Positions 10,784 through 21,336 of a stretch of DNA of 38,411 bases are shown here, piece by piece (positions within the stretch are counted from its first letter, which is position 1; each line of letters starts with the position of its first letter). Source of the stretch: Geosiphon pyriformis uo1 (taxonomy: Eukaryota > Fungi > Glomeromycota). Below the pieces are notes generated by a model that made no database searches, was not told where the DNA came from, and saw only the letters and a program-made list of their open reading frames with translations. Location: positions 26,485 through 64,895 of the forward strand of contig JAAOMT010000526.1 in NCBI GenBank assembly GCA_016748015.1, given 5' to 3'. Position numbers and translations under genes: made by a program.

Positions 10784-10824
10784 ATAAATGCACTATTCCC
10801 AAAACAGAGGTATCTTCAATCAAC

Positions 10825-11481
10825 ATGAACAATTATTTTCTGGATCAAAACATTCAAAACGCTTTTTATACTCTCCATAAGTATTAAATCAAAAACTATC
10901 CAAATGCTACCCTGACTATTAGAAAACAGACCACAATAACTGATAACAGTGGAACTCATACTGTTATCAGACCAAAGAAAACAACTACCAGAAAAGAAAA
11001 AATTGGTAGCAAAATGGATAAGTATCTGTTGAAAAGCATAACAGCAGCAATACTTGTACCTTCCACCACAATTGGAAAAATGATTAAAGAAATCTTACCT
11101 ATAGACAAAAATTTGTCATATGGAAGACAACTAGAGCTTTATGGTCGCCTTAGTGAAATCATAGAAGAAATGAAGCTCATAAAGAAAACAACTTCAGAGA
11201 TACAAATGGAAATTTTGGGCATTATACATTTAGATGTCCCAAGAGTTTTGACCATTACAAGAAGAGCCAAAACTCTTATACAAAGATTTGGTCTCTTGAA
11301 TACAAAGCTTATTTTGCCTCAAGTATTATATACTCTATCCACAAAAGACTTTAACAAACTAGTTAGTTTTGAGTTAGACAAAACCCTTCAATTAGAATAC
11401 CCTATAAATAGCTTGATTTTACCAGAGCTCAATCTCTTTGGAGAGGATGATATTATGGTTGAAACCCATAATTTTTATTAA
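10825..11481 (+). pseudogene. Extra third ORF (ORF3, ~218 aa, unknown function) between integrase and 3' LTR
   Basis: Frame from ATG 10825 (MNNYFLDQNIQNAF...) with one TAA at 10885, continuing into ORF 11014..11481. Homolog at 36643-37299. Confidence 0.75.
11440..11450 (+). promoter_or_regulatory. Polypurine tract GGAGAGGATGA
   Basis: Purine run immediately before the 3' LTR start; GGAGAAGATGA at 37258-37268 in copy 2. Confidence 0.7.
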
Positions 11482-11598
11482 TTATCACATGTATTAGCCA
11501 CTAATGTCATATAATTAGCCACTCTATTTTTAGATAGTAATCATTGATCTGATCAATGATCTGACTGTTGACCTGACTATTAACCTGACCGTTAACCA
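11451..11598 (+). repeat. Truncated 3' LTR of Gypsy copy 1 (first ~148 bp only)
   Basis: TATTATGGTTGAAAC matches the LTR start TGTTATGGTTGAAAC at 30274. Homology stops at the end of the 12-bp repeat array. Confidence 0.88.
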
Positions 11599-12541
11599 AT
11601 AAACAAATGTGAGTTTCCAGGGATCAACATCAGGCTTTGTTGTATACGCTTCCAGTTGGTACTACTGCTCATGATTTGTCAGGTTTAGTGGATTCTTATG
11701 ATAGAAAGACTTGTTTTATTGGCTGTAATTCTGGTTCATATGTTTGTGATAGATGTACAGTTGTATGTCTTGATAATAAGACATCCAAATTGGCTGCTAT
11801 TGGTTCTGTTCTGATTTATAAGGGTGTGAATTTGTGTTGGACTGGTCTTTTCTTGGCTTGCTGTGCCAAGTGTGAACATTTTGGTCATATTTCTAATGTG
11901 TGTTCAGTTGGTGGGAATTCTGGTGGTTATCATAAGCAGATAGTATTTTCTTAGGATCAGATCTATCTGGCCAATATTTATAAAAAAAACAAGCTCTAGT
12001 TGCCCATTTAGCATTTTTTGGTGGTAAAACTTGGGTTCAAATTGCAGGTGGCTTATCTTCTCATGTGGTATTATCAGTTTTTTCTGGTGCTGGTCCAACT
12101 TTAGGTGCAAAACCTGTGGTGGTGGCTTCCACTCCTTTTGATGATTCTGGTTTGACTAACCACATGGCTTTTTTGGAGCACTCCATGGAGATTTTATCAG
12201 ATCAAGTCTCTGAGATTTTGAAAAAACTGAGCTTTGTGGAATTGGTGTCTTTGGTGTCTTCTTTTTGTGTCTCCACTCCAATTGTTATCTTCTTCTTGAA
12301 TTCTGCTCTAAATTCAAATATGGTTGTGGATAGCATAGTAATGCCTTCTTCTCTTTCTCTTCCAGTGGTTGGGAATGCTGGCCCTGATCTAAGCTTGAGT
12401 AGTTTGAAGATTCTTACCACTAAAATGGGTGGTTTAGAGTCAAAAATGATGGCTCTGAAAGTTTCAGTCAGCTTAGTATTGGTGAAATTGAATTTTTTGT
12501 GTTCTGGTTTGGGTTTATCAACTCCTCTTCCTTTTCAATGA
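11599..12541 (+). pseudogene. LINE C ORF1 C-terminal half
   Basis: ALLYTLPVGTTAHDLS; knuckle CAKCEHFGHISNVC; LTTKMGGLESK. Confidence 0.8.
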
Positions 12542-14644
12542 ATGGTTTTGTCTAGAAAATTGCTACCTGTAATGTTAGAAGAATAAACAATCTTGCTAAA
12601 CAGAATGATAATATTTGTTGGCATAAGGATATGAACAAACTAATTTCTATTGTTACTGAAACTAAGTTGAAAGACAAGATCCGTCTTTGGATCATGAATA
12701 AGTTTAGTGGCATTCAGGTTTTTACTTCCAGGTTGGATTCTAGTTACATGGGCTCTGGTGTTGCAATTATTATGGACATTTTTCTGGTGCAACATGTGTA
12801 CAAAGTTTTTGAGGTGCCTAGTCAGCTCCTGTCTGTTAAGCTGCTCTTCAAAAATAAACTTTCTGTTTCAATTTTGGGACTTTATATTGATGCTTCTTTA
12901 GTGGTTTGGTTCTTTCAGACTAATAAAGTCAATTTTTTCATTGCTAAAACCATGAATAAATCTTTTTTCATTATTCTTAGTGGAGATTTCAATAAGGATG
13001 GTTTGCATAAGTGTGCTAGTTTTAAAAGATGTTTTGATCTGGGATGGTCAATTCTCTGCTTGGTAGTCCAGTAGCAAAAATTCTCACATAGAAAAATTTG
13101 AGAGATATAAATAAAACAATTAACTACATATTGGTTTCTTCTAATCTGGTCAATGCAGTTTTAGAATACAGTGTTGCAGATGTTGGTGACTACTTTGACA
13201 CTGATCACCAAGCTGTTTTTGTGTTAGTGGGTCTGGGTGGTTTGCTGGATGTGTAGTTAAACTCTCTTTATAAACAGGCTAATAAGAATTGTTAGAAGTT
13301 TGATTTCAAAGGTGCTGATGACAATAAATGGGAATATTTTAAAAATCTCACATTGGCCAATGCTGAGATGCTCTCTAACGAGTTTGCTGCCATTGTCAAG
13401 TTCTCAGATTTGGATGCCATGTGGAATGCTTTCCACAGAATAATGACTCTTTCAGCAGATGAGATATTTGGAAAAAGATGATTCAAGAATTTTGATGGTA
13501 TTTTTATCAAAGTTTCTTCGAAGTTTCATAAGTTGGAGCTTTTGGTTTTGAAAATTGTTAAGGCCTTTTGTGAGGGAAATGTTGTTAGTTTTGCCTCCTT
13601 TATGAAGTGCTGGAATTCTATAGACAGTATTAATGTCTCAGTTGTTCAAGATTTTATTGACTCTGGTGCAGCCCCAAATCATGTTCACTCTGCTTTCTAT
13701 GGCATTAAGAAGTCTTATCATGCATCCAAGCTTGCTAAATTTCTGGCAGTTAAGGATGTAAACATTAGAGCTGCTATAAATAGGAGGATAGAAAGCTTCA
13801 AGACAGATAAGAGTCATACTATTAGGAGTGTTCTAGAGTGTCCTTTCTGCAAGGTGGTTTTGGACCATCTGGTGGTTGATGATGAGCTTATTTTGAAGCC
13901 CGATTCAGTTAGATCTAAGGTGAACGTCATTATGGAAAGTTGGACTAGGAAGCATGGCATGGCTGCTGGTGTTTCTGATGTCTGGTCTCGTTAATATTGG
14001 CTATTGGATTATGTTTTTAATAAGGTCTTTTCTGGTGTTATGTGTTCAGTTAAGTTTAGTGAGCTGTTTGATGTAATTTCCAATCTGCCTAATGACAAAT
14101 CTGCTGGTCTCTTGGGTATTACAAATAAGCTTTGGAAACATTGTGACAAGTCAATTCTGGATATGCTTTTAGTGCTTTTGAACTTTTGTTTATCTTCCAA
14201 ATTGGTGCCCAGATTTTGAATGGAAGCTTGAGTCTCAATAATTCTTAAACCATATGAATGAGAGAATGTTCTCATGAATATCCACTTTATTGCTTTAATT
14301 GAGACAGCTCGTAAAATCTTTTTCAAGATTCTCTCTAATAGAATCTCTTTGGCATGCAGCTCTTTTGATGTTGTTACAGGTGATTCTTTGGGGTGTTGAG
14401 TGAATAACAAACCCGTAACTTGGTGCTCAAAGTGATTGGTGACAATGATAATCTGAAGGTATTTTATTTGAAGGTTTCCCAATTGAGTTCTTTGTATAAT
14501 GGACAGAGATTCACTGATAACAGTTTATCAGTAGTTTTCTGAAATCGTAGTTTCATCAATTGCTTGCTCAGCTTGATAGTTGATGATTCTCCTAATACAA
14601 TATTCTCCGTAAGTGTATACCAGTGCTGTTTCCTAATGTCAGTT

Positions 14645-14762
14645 CTTCCGTAAGTTCTCCAAGAGTAAGTATTGTTTAAGCAAGTTTATTCCTTCATAAG
14701 TTCTCCAAGAGTAAGTAGTGTTTAAGTAAGCTTTATTTCTCCATAAGTCCTCCAAGAGTAAA
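14645..14762. repeat. ~47-bp tandem repeat, ~2.5 copies (TAAGTTCTCCAAGAGTAAGT core)
   Basis: Core visible three times, at ~14651, ~14697 and ~14744. Confidence 0.8.
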
Positions 14763-15049
14763 TTCTTTAATTAAGTTAGTAGACAACAAAGAAAATAAAG
14801 AAAAGATAAAAGAGAAAATAAGAAATAAGCCAAGGTGATTTGCAAGTTAGTATCCTGTCAATAGTCATGATTAAGAGCTATTGTTCCAGTATGGTTAAGT
14901 ATCAGTTATTATCAACATGAAGTGTTGATAGTGAAGAATAAATTTGATATAATGAATAATTATTTATTTAAGGATTGTGGTAACTAAGCCAAGGATTTTT
15001 GGTGTCTTTTTCTTTTTTGCTTCTAACACTACTGCTATATATACATATT

Positions 15050-15220
15050 TGAGATTCCTCAATTCTTCAATTCTTTGTGACAGGAATCCTGGAATTCCTG
15101 AAATCCTGCAATTTCTAATGAGAGAAATCTTGAAATTCTGGAATTTTGCAATTTTTCGCCAGAGAATCCTAAAATTTTTGGATTCCTGCAATTCCTCTGA
15201 GAGGAATCCTGGAATTCCAC
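15050..15220. repeat. Degenerate short-period GGAATTCC/GAAATCCT repeat array in solo LTR
   Basis: Repeated GGAATCCTGGAATTCC and variants. Confidence 0.7.
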
Positions 15221-16085
15221 ATTTACTACATCTATTTCTGATTGGCTAATATCTACTTGCTAATAATAATATACTTTCTATATTCTATGAATAACAACAT
15301 TCTTCATAAGAACAATTTTTCAGTTTTAAAGAATATGATAACTCAATTTCCTATTTTTGCAGTTGGATCTGTGGTTGAAGATGTGTTGAAAAAGAATCAA
15401 GAACTCTGGCTGGTTTTGCAGGATATGCGGAAAGCATACAATTTGGTCAGCTGGGAACATCTTGAAAAAAGCCTGGTCAGAATCAAGATGTATGGCAAGT
15501 TTATTCAGTTTTTTGGTGGTATTCATAAAAATTGTATCAACAGGATAATGACAGACTTTGGGCTAACAAATGGTTATTGTGTGCATGATGATTTGGACCA
15601 AGAAAAAGTATTTTTTTCTCTCCTGTGATATATATTTTATGATCTTCTGCTATGCAAAATTAAGAGACAGGAAAGCATGTGTGGTTATAAGTTAAGTTCT
15701 CATTTTATTTCAAAGAATAGTCGTGCTGAGTCCCAGGCTGGGCTCTCTTCTTTTTTTGCTGCTGATGCTTTCATTGATAATATGATTTGAGTTGGTAGTA
15801 GCCAGGCAGCTACTTAACACATTTTTGATGTTATGAGTGAATTTTTTCAGATAAATGATATCTCCATCAATAACAACAAAACAGTAGTCATACTTATCAA
15901 CAGCAGAGTCAGCACTCCTTATCTCTCTATCAGTGGCTTGCCAATTTCCATTGCCAAAAAGGGTAAATCACATCAATATTTGGGTATTTTTCTCTCAACT
16001 GAAGGTCTTTCAAAGCCTAATTTGGCAAAAGCGAATTCAGACATTCATTTTTTTACCAATCTGGTCTTGAAAAAAGCTGTCTCAG

Positions 16086-16969
16086 TATTATAGATGATTA
16101 TTTGGGGTCTCAAGTCAAATAACAAATCCATAACTTAGTGCTTGGTTGGTATTCTGGTGTTAATATCTGAAGGTTTAGTTGTGGAGTTCTTTGTATAATA
16201 GACAGAGATTTAATAATTGGTTTCAGTAGCCTCTCAGAATTGCAATTCTGTCAAATTTTTTTCTCAGCATGGTGGTTGGTAATCCTCCTGGTAAGCTATC
16301 CTCAAATCTATGAGTGTTCTACCCTTGTTTCACGGGTCTTTTACCAGTTTCTATGACATCTGTAACTCAGCGCTTAATCCTTAATCAAATTAATAAAAAC
16401 CAAAGAAATAACAAAAAGAAATAAAAGAAAATAAAAGAAGATAAAAAAATAAACAAAAGCAATTGTAAGTTAGTATCCTGTCAATAGCCATGATCAAGAG
16501 CTATTGTTTCAGCATGATTAAGTATCAATTATTATCAACATAAAGCATTGATAGTGGAGAGTAGATTAAGATAGTGAATAATTATTTATTGATATTTGTG
16601 TATGGAAGATTGCTTAGATAAAATCTAAGTTGAAAAGTCTCTAGCTAAAGAATTCTGTCTTTTCTACTTCTAATACTACCACTATATATACATAATTTGG
16701 GTTCTACAAAATTGCTCACATTCTCAAACAATGTGCTATAATTTCTCAAGCAATGCTCTTCTTGTTGAGCAATGTGCCATATTTTCTTGACATTGCTCCA
16801 CATTGCTGAGCAATGTGCCATAATTTTTGACATTGCTCCACATTGCTGAGCAATGTGTTCTGATTTTTGATATTGTTCTACATTGCTGAGCAATGTGCTC
16901 ACATGCTAACTACTACTCTCTTATTGGTCCACTCTTTTTCTATATCTGTTTTCTTTTTTATGAGTAATA
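16086..16969 (-). mobile_element. Solo LTR (884 bp), related to 14372-15296, inserted in LINE C ORF2
   Basis: TATTATA...GTAATA termini (mutated TGTTACA...GTAACA); TSD TCAG/TCGG. Removing it restores KKAVS-DKQFLYLVSAVL. Shares blocks such as TTCTTTGTATAAT.GACAGAGATT and AAGTTAGTATCCTGTCAATAG with the first solo LTR. Confidence 0.85.
16760..16900. repeat. 40-bp tandem repeat (~3.5 copies) containing the palindrome ACATTGCT-G-AGCAATGT
   Basis: Palindrome at 16800, 16840 and 16880, an exact 40-bp period. Confidence 0.9.
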
Positions 16970-19173
16970 TCGGACAAGCAGTTCTTATATTTGGTATCAG
17001 CAGTTCTTCATCTTATTGTTAATTATAGAACTCAGTTCAGCTTTGTTCCCATTGGTACATGCAACAAGTAAGATGCCTTGATTTGCAAGGGCTTAAAGTT
17101 TAAATCCGGCCTACCTCTTGATTTTCCTAGTGATACAATTCATTTTTCTTCTTTTTATGGTTTGAAGTTTTTTGTTCAAGTTCAATCTAAGAGCAAAGTA
17201 GCCTCTCTTGTTAGTTTTGCAAATTCGGGTGGTATTCTGGGCCATTTGTTTTTTTACAGATTCTATAACTTGCAGGTTTTGTGCTGGCGCTCTGTCCATC
17301 TATTGAGTTCTCTTGTGTGTATTCATGTTAATACTTCCAATAACTTTCTGGCAGGCATAGTTTGTGTTCTTCTTGATTGCAGTTTGTTCCTGGGTGGCTC
17401 TTTGGCCAATCCCTTTTGGTTTTGTAGTGGAGTTCTTATGTCTGCTATTTTAGGTAAGTTACAGTTTCTCAGGTTTTTTTTTTCTCTCCAATAGTATGGT
17501 ATTGCTTTTGTGGATCAACTTTGTGATCATCATGGTTCTGTCTTTGATTGGCACACCTTCAAATGTTGGAAAAAATTGGACTCTTGTGGCTCTGTTTCTG
17601 AGTGGTTTAAGCTTTTTGTTGCATTTCTCAATAGTAGAGGTTTTTTTCTCACTCAGCTCTCAGTTTCAGATGGTGTTGGCTTTTTGAGCATTCTTAAATC
17701 TAGTGATTTTGTTTCTTTCTGTAATCATTTCCTACAAGTTGGTACTGACAGTTTATTAGTATATACAAATGGGTCCCTTAGTAATCTTGACACAGTTGGT
17801 TGTAGAGCTGGCACTGCTGCTTTTTTCGAGAACATTGATTCTGGTTTGGGTGTCGGTGTGTTGGATTTGATGTCATCCACTTTGGCAGAGTTGCAGGCTA
17901 TTGCATTGGCTCTGGAGTGTGTTCCCCCACTGAGCTCTGTTCAATTGTTTTCAAACAGTCAATCTGCTTTGGATGTCTGTAAGTCTGAATTGGGTCTGGT
18001 GTGTCTTAACTTTCATAATCAGTGTTGGGTCAAACATTATATTGTCAATGTTATTTACAGTAAGAATTTGAAAGTCAGCTGGCATAAGGTTAAAGACTAC
18101 TTTGGTGTTTTGGGAAATGAGCGCACTGATACAATTGCTGGTAATGTTTCTTTCTCTAGTTGGTATTTTTCTCATCACTTGGGTGAACACTTTATAATGG
18201 CTGATGGTAATGTGGTTTTTGGCAATTCTAGACATTTTGTACATGATATTTATTGTTTGATTTGTCATGTGCACTGGGAGGTTGGTTCTGGTTCTAAGTT
18301 TTTGGCAAGTGGTTTGCTTTCTGAGGTTGACTGGCTCCGTTCATTTATGGTTTGGCACCCTGACTTGCACATAGCCACTGATTTCACCAGCAGACCCTCG
18401 GCTAATGCCTGCTCTTATTTCATGAAGGCTTTGCATCACCAGCTGCCAGTTGCCATTCAGAAGCACCTTTATAATAGACTATATCTAAGTGTATTGTGCT
18501 TATATTGTGGTGATATAAAAGCATCAGATCATGTATTTTCTTACAAGATTGATGATTCTGTCTGATGTTAATTGTTGGAATCTTATATGAATTCCTGAAA
18601 GGTGGTTTCTGGTTTCTCTCATTTTTTTTTAGGCATACTACAATTTTTGTTTTCATGTGTTTCTAACTCTTCTGTGTTCATGGCTCTTTATAAGAGTTTT
18701 ATTTTTAATAATTGGTTTTGCGAGGCAGTTACCGTCTTTTGCAATCTTAAGGTTGCTAGTTTGGAGATTATCAAATTTGTGTGCTCTCTTAGTCTTAATT
18801 TTAGGAATAATGTCTGGTCAAGTTGTGCTAAACATTGTGCTTATATGGAAAAAAATGGGTTGATTCCCCTTGATGGTTTAGTTCTCATCTCGGTTTTTGG
18901 TTTGGTCTCAGAATTGTCAGCTGGAGTAATCAGATTGCTTGACATTGCCGATGCTTTTGGTATTCATTTTGGCTTTCGCAAATCTTGTTTGTTTTTTTCA
19001 GGCATAAGTGACTCAGTTTCGGTTCATATAGCTGCGTAGTATTGTTTTAATCAGCCTGAGTGGCTGGTCACGTGTAAAAAGTACATGATTCATGCTTAGT
19101 TTATGTTATTTCTTTGATGTATAGTGTTAGGTAGTGTTTGGATCTTACTTGTAAAGCAATAATAAAAAAAAAA

Positions 19174-20890
19174 TTATTATTATAGAAAAAACTGTAAATT
19201 ATTTCACTTTTAAAGTATTATTTAAATTTATATTTTTATTATATGTTTAATAAATATAATTTAATTACTATTTAAATATTAAGCACAAATTAAATATATT
19301 AAAGCTAAATACAATTTATGTGTTTTTTATATATAACTAATTACTTAAACTAGTTTAAGCTATACTATATTAATATTATTAAAAAAAAACTTATTTAAAA
19401 AATACATTTTTTAAATAATTTTAAACAATATAATATTATTACTAATTATATTAACCAGTTATTTAACTATCTTTAATATATTAATTTTTATAATAATAAA
19501 TTTGTGTTCTTAAAGTAACATTAAATTAAAAAAGATATTATTATCTACTATAAACAAATTTACTTGAAAACCAATTATCTTAATATTTTTATAGTTACAT
19601 TCAATTTTTAAAGCAATTATTTTACATTTTAGCTTATTAATAGCTTTGCTAAAAGTATTTATATATACTATAATCTTATTAATTTTAAGGCCAAATGCTT
19701 TACTTGAAACCAAATTATTATTAATAAATTGTTTAAACACAATAACTAAAAAATTAACAAGCTTAATAATAAACTTAACCAATACAAAAAATTAACCAAA
19801 AAAATACCATAAAATTATTAACTATAACTATAGCAAAAAAAGCAAAACCAACTAAAAAAGTAGAAACTAGAGAAAATATAAGCATAATAACCTTAATATA
19901 AAATTTAGTATTAATAAAACAAGGCACAAATATTTTAAAAGTCTTAAGAAAAAAAAGTAAAACCAAATAATTTTTATTTTTATTGATTTTTATTATTAAT
20001 TTTGATTAATGCTTTATAAAATATTTAATTAAATTTTTTTATTAATTTATTAATTTGTAAATAATATAATAATATTATTTTTATTTTTATTTTAAATTTT
20101 TGGCTTAATTTTACTAATGTATTATTTACAAAATATGTATATTGGTTTAATATTAGTATTTTTAAACATTTTTATTAACAAATTAAAACTTAATATATAA
20201 ATTCTGTTATTAATTTTGCATTAATATTTTTTTATGATTTTGATTTTTAATTATTTATATAATAAATTAATTGTTTTTGGTAATAATAAACAAGTTAATT
20301 TTAATTTAATTAAATAGTTATTTAATTTTATTTAGTTTTAATAATTTTATTGTTTTAGCATTTTTTTTAATATAAGTTATAATTTTTATATATTAATTTA
20401 TAATTTTTATATATTAATTTATATCTTAATATATAATTAACCAATAATATAATATAATTGTTTTGTCAATAGTTGTTTTTTAACAAAATTATTTTGTTAT
20501 TGAATTTGAATATATGTTAAACAATATTGCTTTTTTTATATTATTATTTTAAGTAAATTGTTTTAATCTTATTAATTTTAAATAAAATAATTTCTAAATA
20601 ATTATAAATTCTGCTTGCTCTTATTAAAATTAAATTAAAGCATTTTGTTCATTTGCTAATTTGGTTAAATATAATTTGAAACAAACTGCAACAAAATCAA
20701 ACAAAGTTAATATTTGATTATATGAACTTAAAATGGCTGATGTGACTGAAAAAATAACATTTTAATAGCTTTGTTTGATTTAAATTTCAATTCCATGTAT
20801 CTTTATATAAAACTAATTTACATTAAATTCACTATAAAACCAAAGAATTACAGCACTATTAAAAGAATTTAAAAAAAAAAGCAAAAAAAA
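19174..20890 (-). mobile_element. Highly degenerate, extremely AT-rich element, probably an old LINE (ORF1 region) of another subfamily
   Basis: Residual minus-strand frames 19510-19966 are saturated with I/K/N/F residues, as expected after G>A/C>T decay. It is cut on the left by the LINE C poly(A). Identity and boundaries are weak. Confidence 0.4.
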
Positions 20891-21336
20891 AAGATTGCGC
20901 CATATATTTTCAAAATCAATAATATCTAAACTTTCCAGGAATATCTAGATAAAGCATAATTTTATTACCTACAAACTCACAATCAAGTCTGGATAATAGC
21001 ATATTTAATAATATTTTACTAAAGCAACCAAAGTATAGGGATACTCATCAATGGCTTTGGGTCCTCTCATGCAATCGCTCTAATGAATATGTACTTTATA
21101 AGTTGTTGTTATAAAGAAGACGTCAAACAAATTAAGTGTATCAATTATCGTAAATGTGTCACTTAAATAGTATTTCTCATGTTACATGATCAAACATCAA
21201 TCACAGGAGCAACAATCTGACAACCTGATTTAATGCATGCAATTATTCTACAACGTGATATAAGGCAAGAGAACGCAACAAGATATAAACACGCACACTA
21301 CATATTTGTCTCTTTCACACTCATAAACCTGACAAC

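Larger units (their letters stand above)
5128..11598 (+). mobile_element. Ty3/Gypsy LTR retrotransposon copy 1 (5' LTR shortened, 3' LTR truncated, internal RT/RNase H deletion)
   Basis: Domain order gag-PR-RT-RH-IN; LTR sequence at both ends; PBS and PPT present; colinear with the full copy at 30274-37946. Confidence 0.95.
14372..15296 (-). mobile_element. Solo LTR (925 bp) inserted in LINE C RT region
   Basis: TGTTACA...ATAACA termini; flanks ATGT/ACAT (4-bp TSD, both derivable from ACGT). Removing it restores the LINE frame (SSFDV-LH..NFSVLK). Orientation is inferred from the TATA/repeat layout. Confidence 0.85.
12538..19039 (+). pseudogene. LINE C ORF2: APE endonuclease, reverse transcriptase, RNase H, C-terminal CCHC-type finger (two LTR insertions inside)
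   Basis: KIATCNVR, ETK, GDFN, DTDH (APE); QDMRKAY, LDQEKVFFSLL, AFIDNMI (degenerate FxDD), YLGIF (RT); VYTNGSL, AELQAIALAL, SNSQS, WHKVK, GNERTD (RNase H, with D>N changes); CLYCGDIKASDHVF. Confidence 0.9.
11599..19173 (+). mobile_element. LINE copy C (5'-truncated in ORF1; complete ORF2, 3' UTR and poly(A)), carrying two solo LTRs
   Basis: ORF1 C-terminal half, then APE-RT-RNase H-CCHC ORF2, ending in AATAATAAAAAAAAAA at ~19158-19173. Confidence 0.92.

Noticed and set aside
10825-11481. ORF3 as a true envelope gene
   Set aside because: Too short, with no signal peptide, TM helix or fusion-peptide/cleavage pattern visible.
16760-16900. Regularly spaced palindromic repeats resembling a CRISPR array
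   Set aside because: The intervening sequence is also repeated (plain 40-bp tandem unit), it lies within a solo LTR in eukaryotic DNA, and there are no cas genes.
14964-16902. ORFs 14964..15191, 14977..15249 and 16645..16902 as repeat proteins
   Set aside because: They are translations of LTR tandem repeats.
19174-20900. Mitochondrial insertion (NUMT) or replication origin
   Set aside because: No recognisable mitochondrial gene, tRNA or rRNA; better explained as a saturated TE relic.
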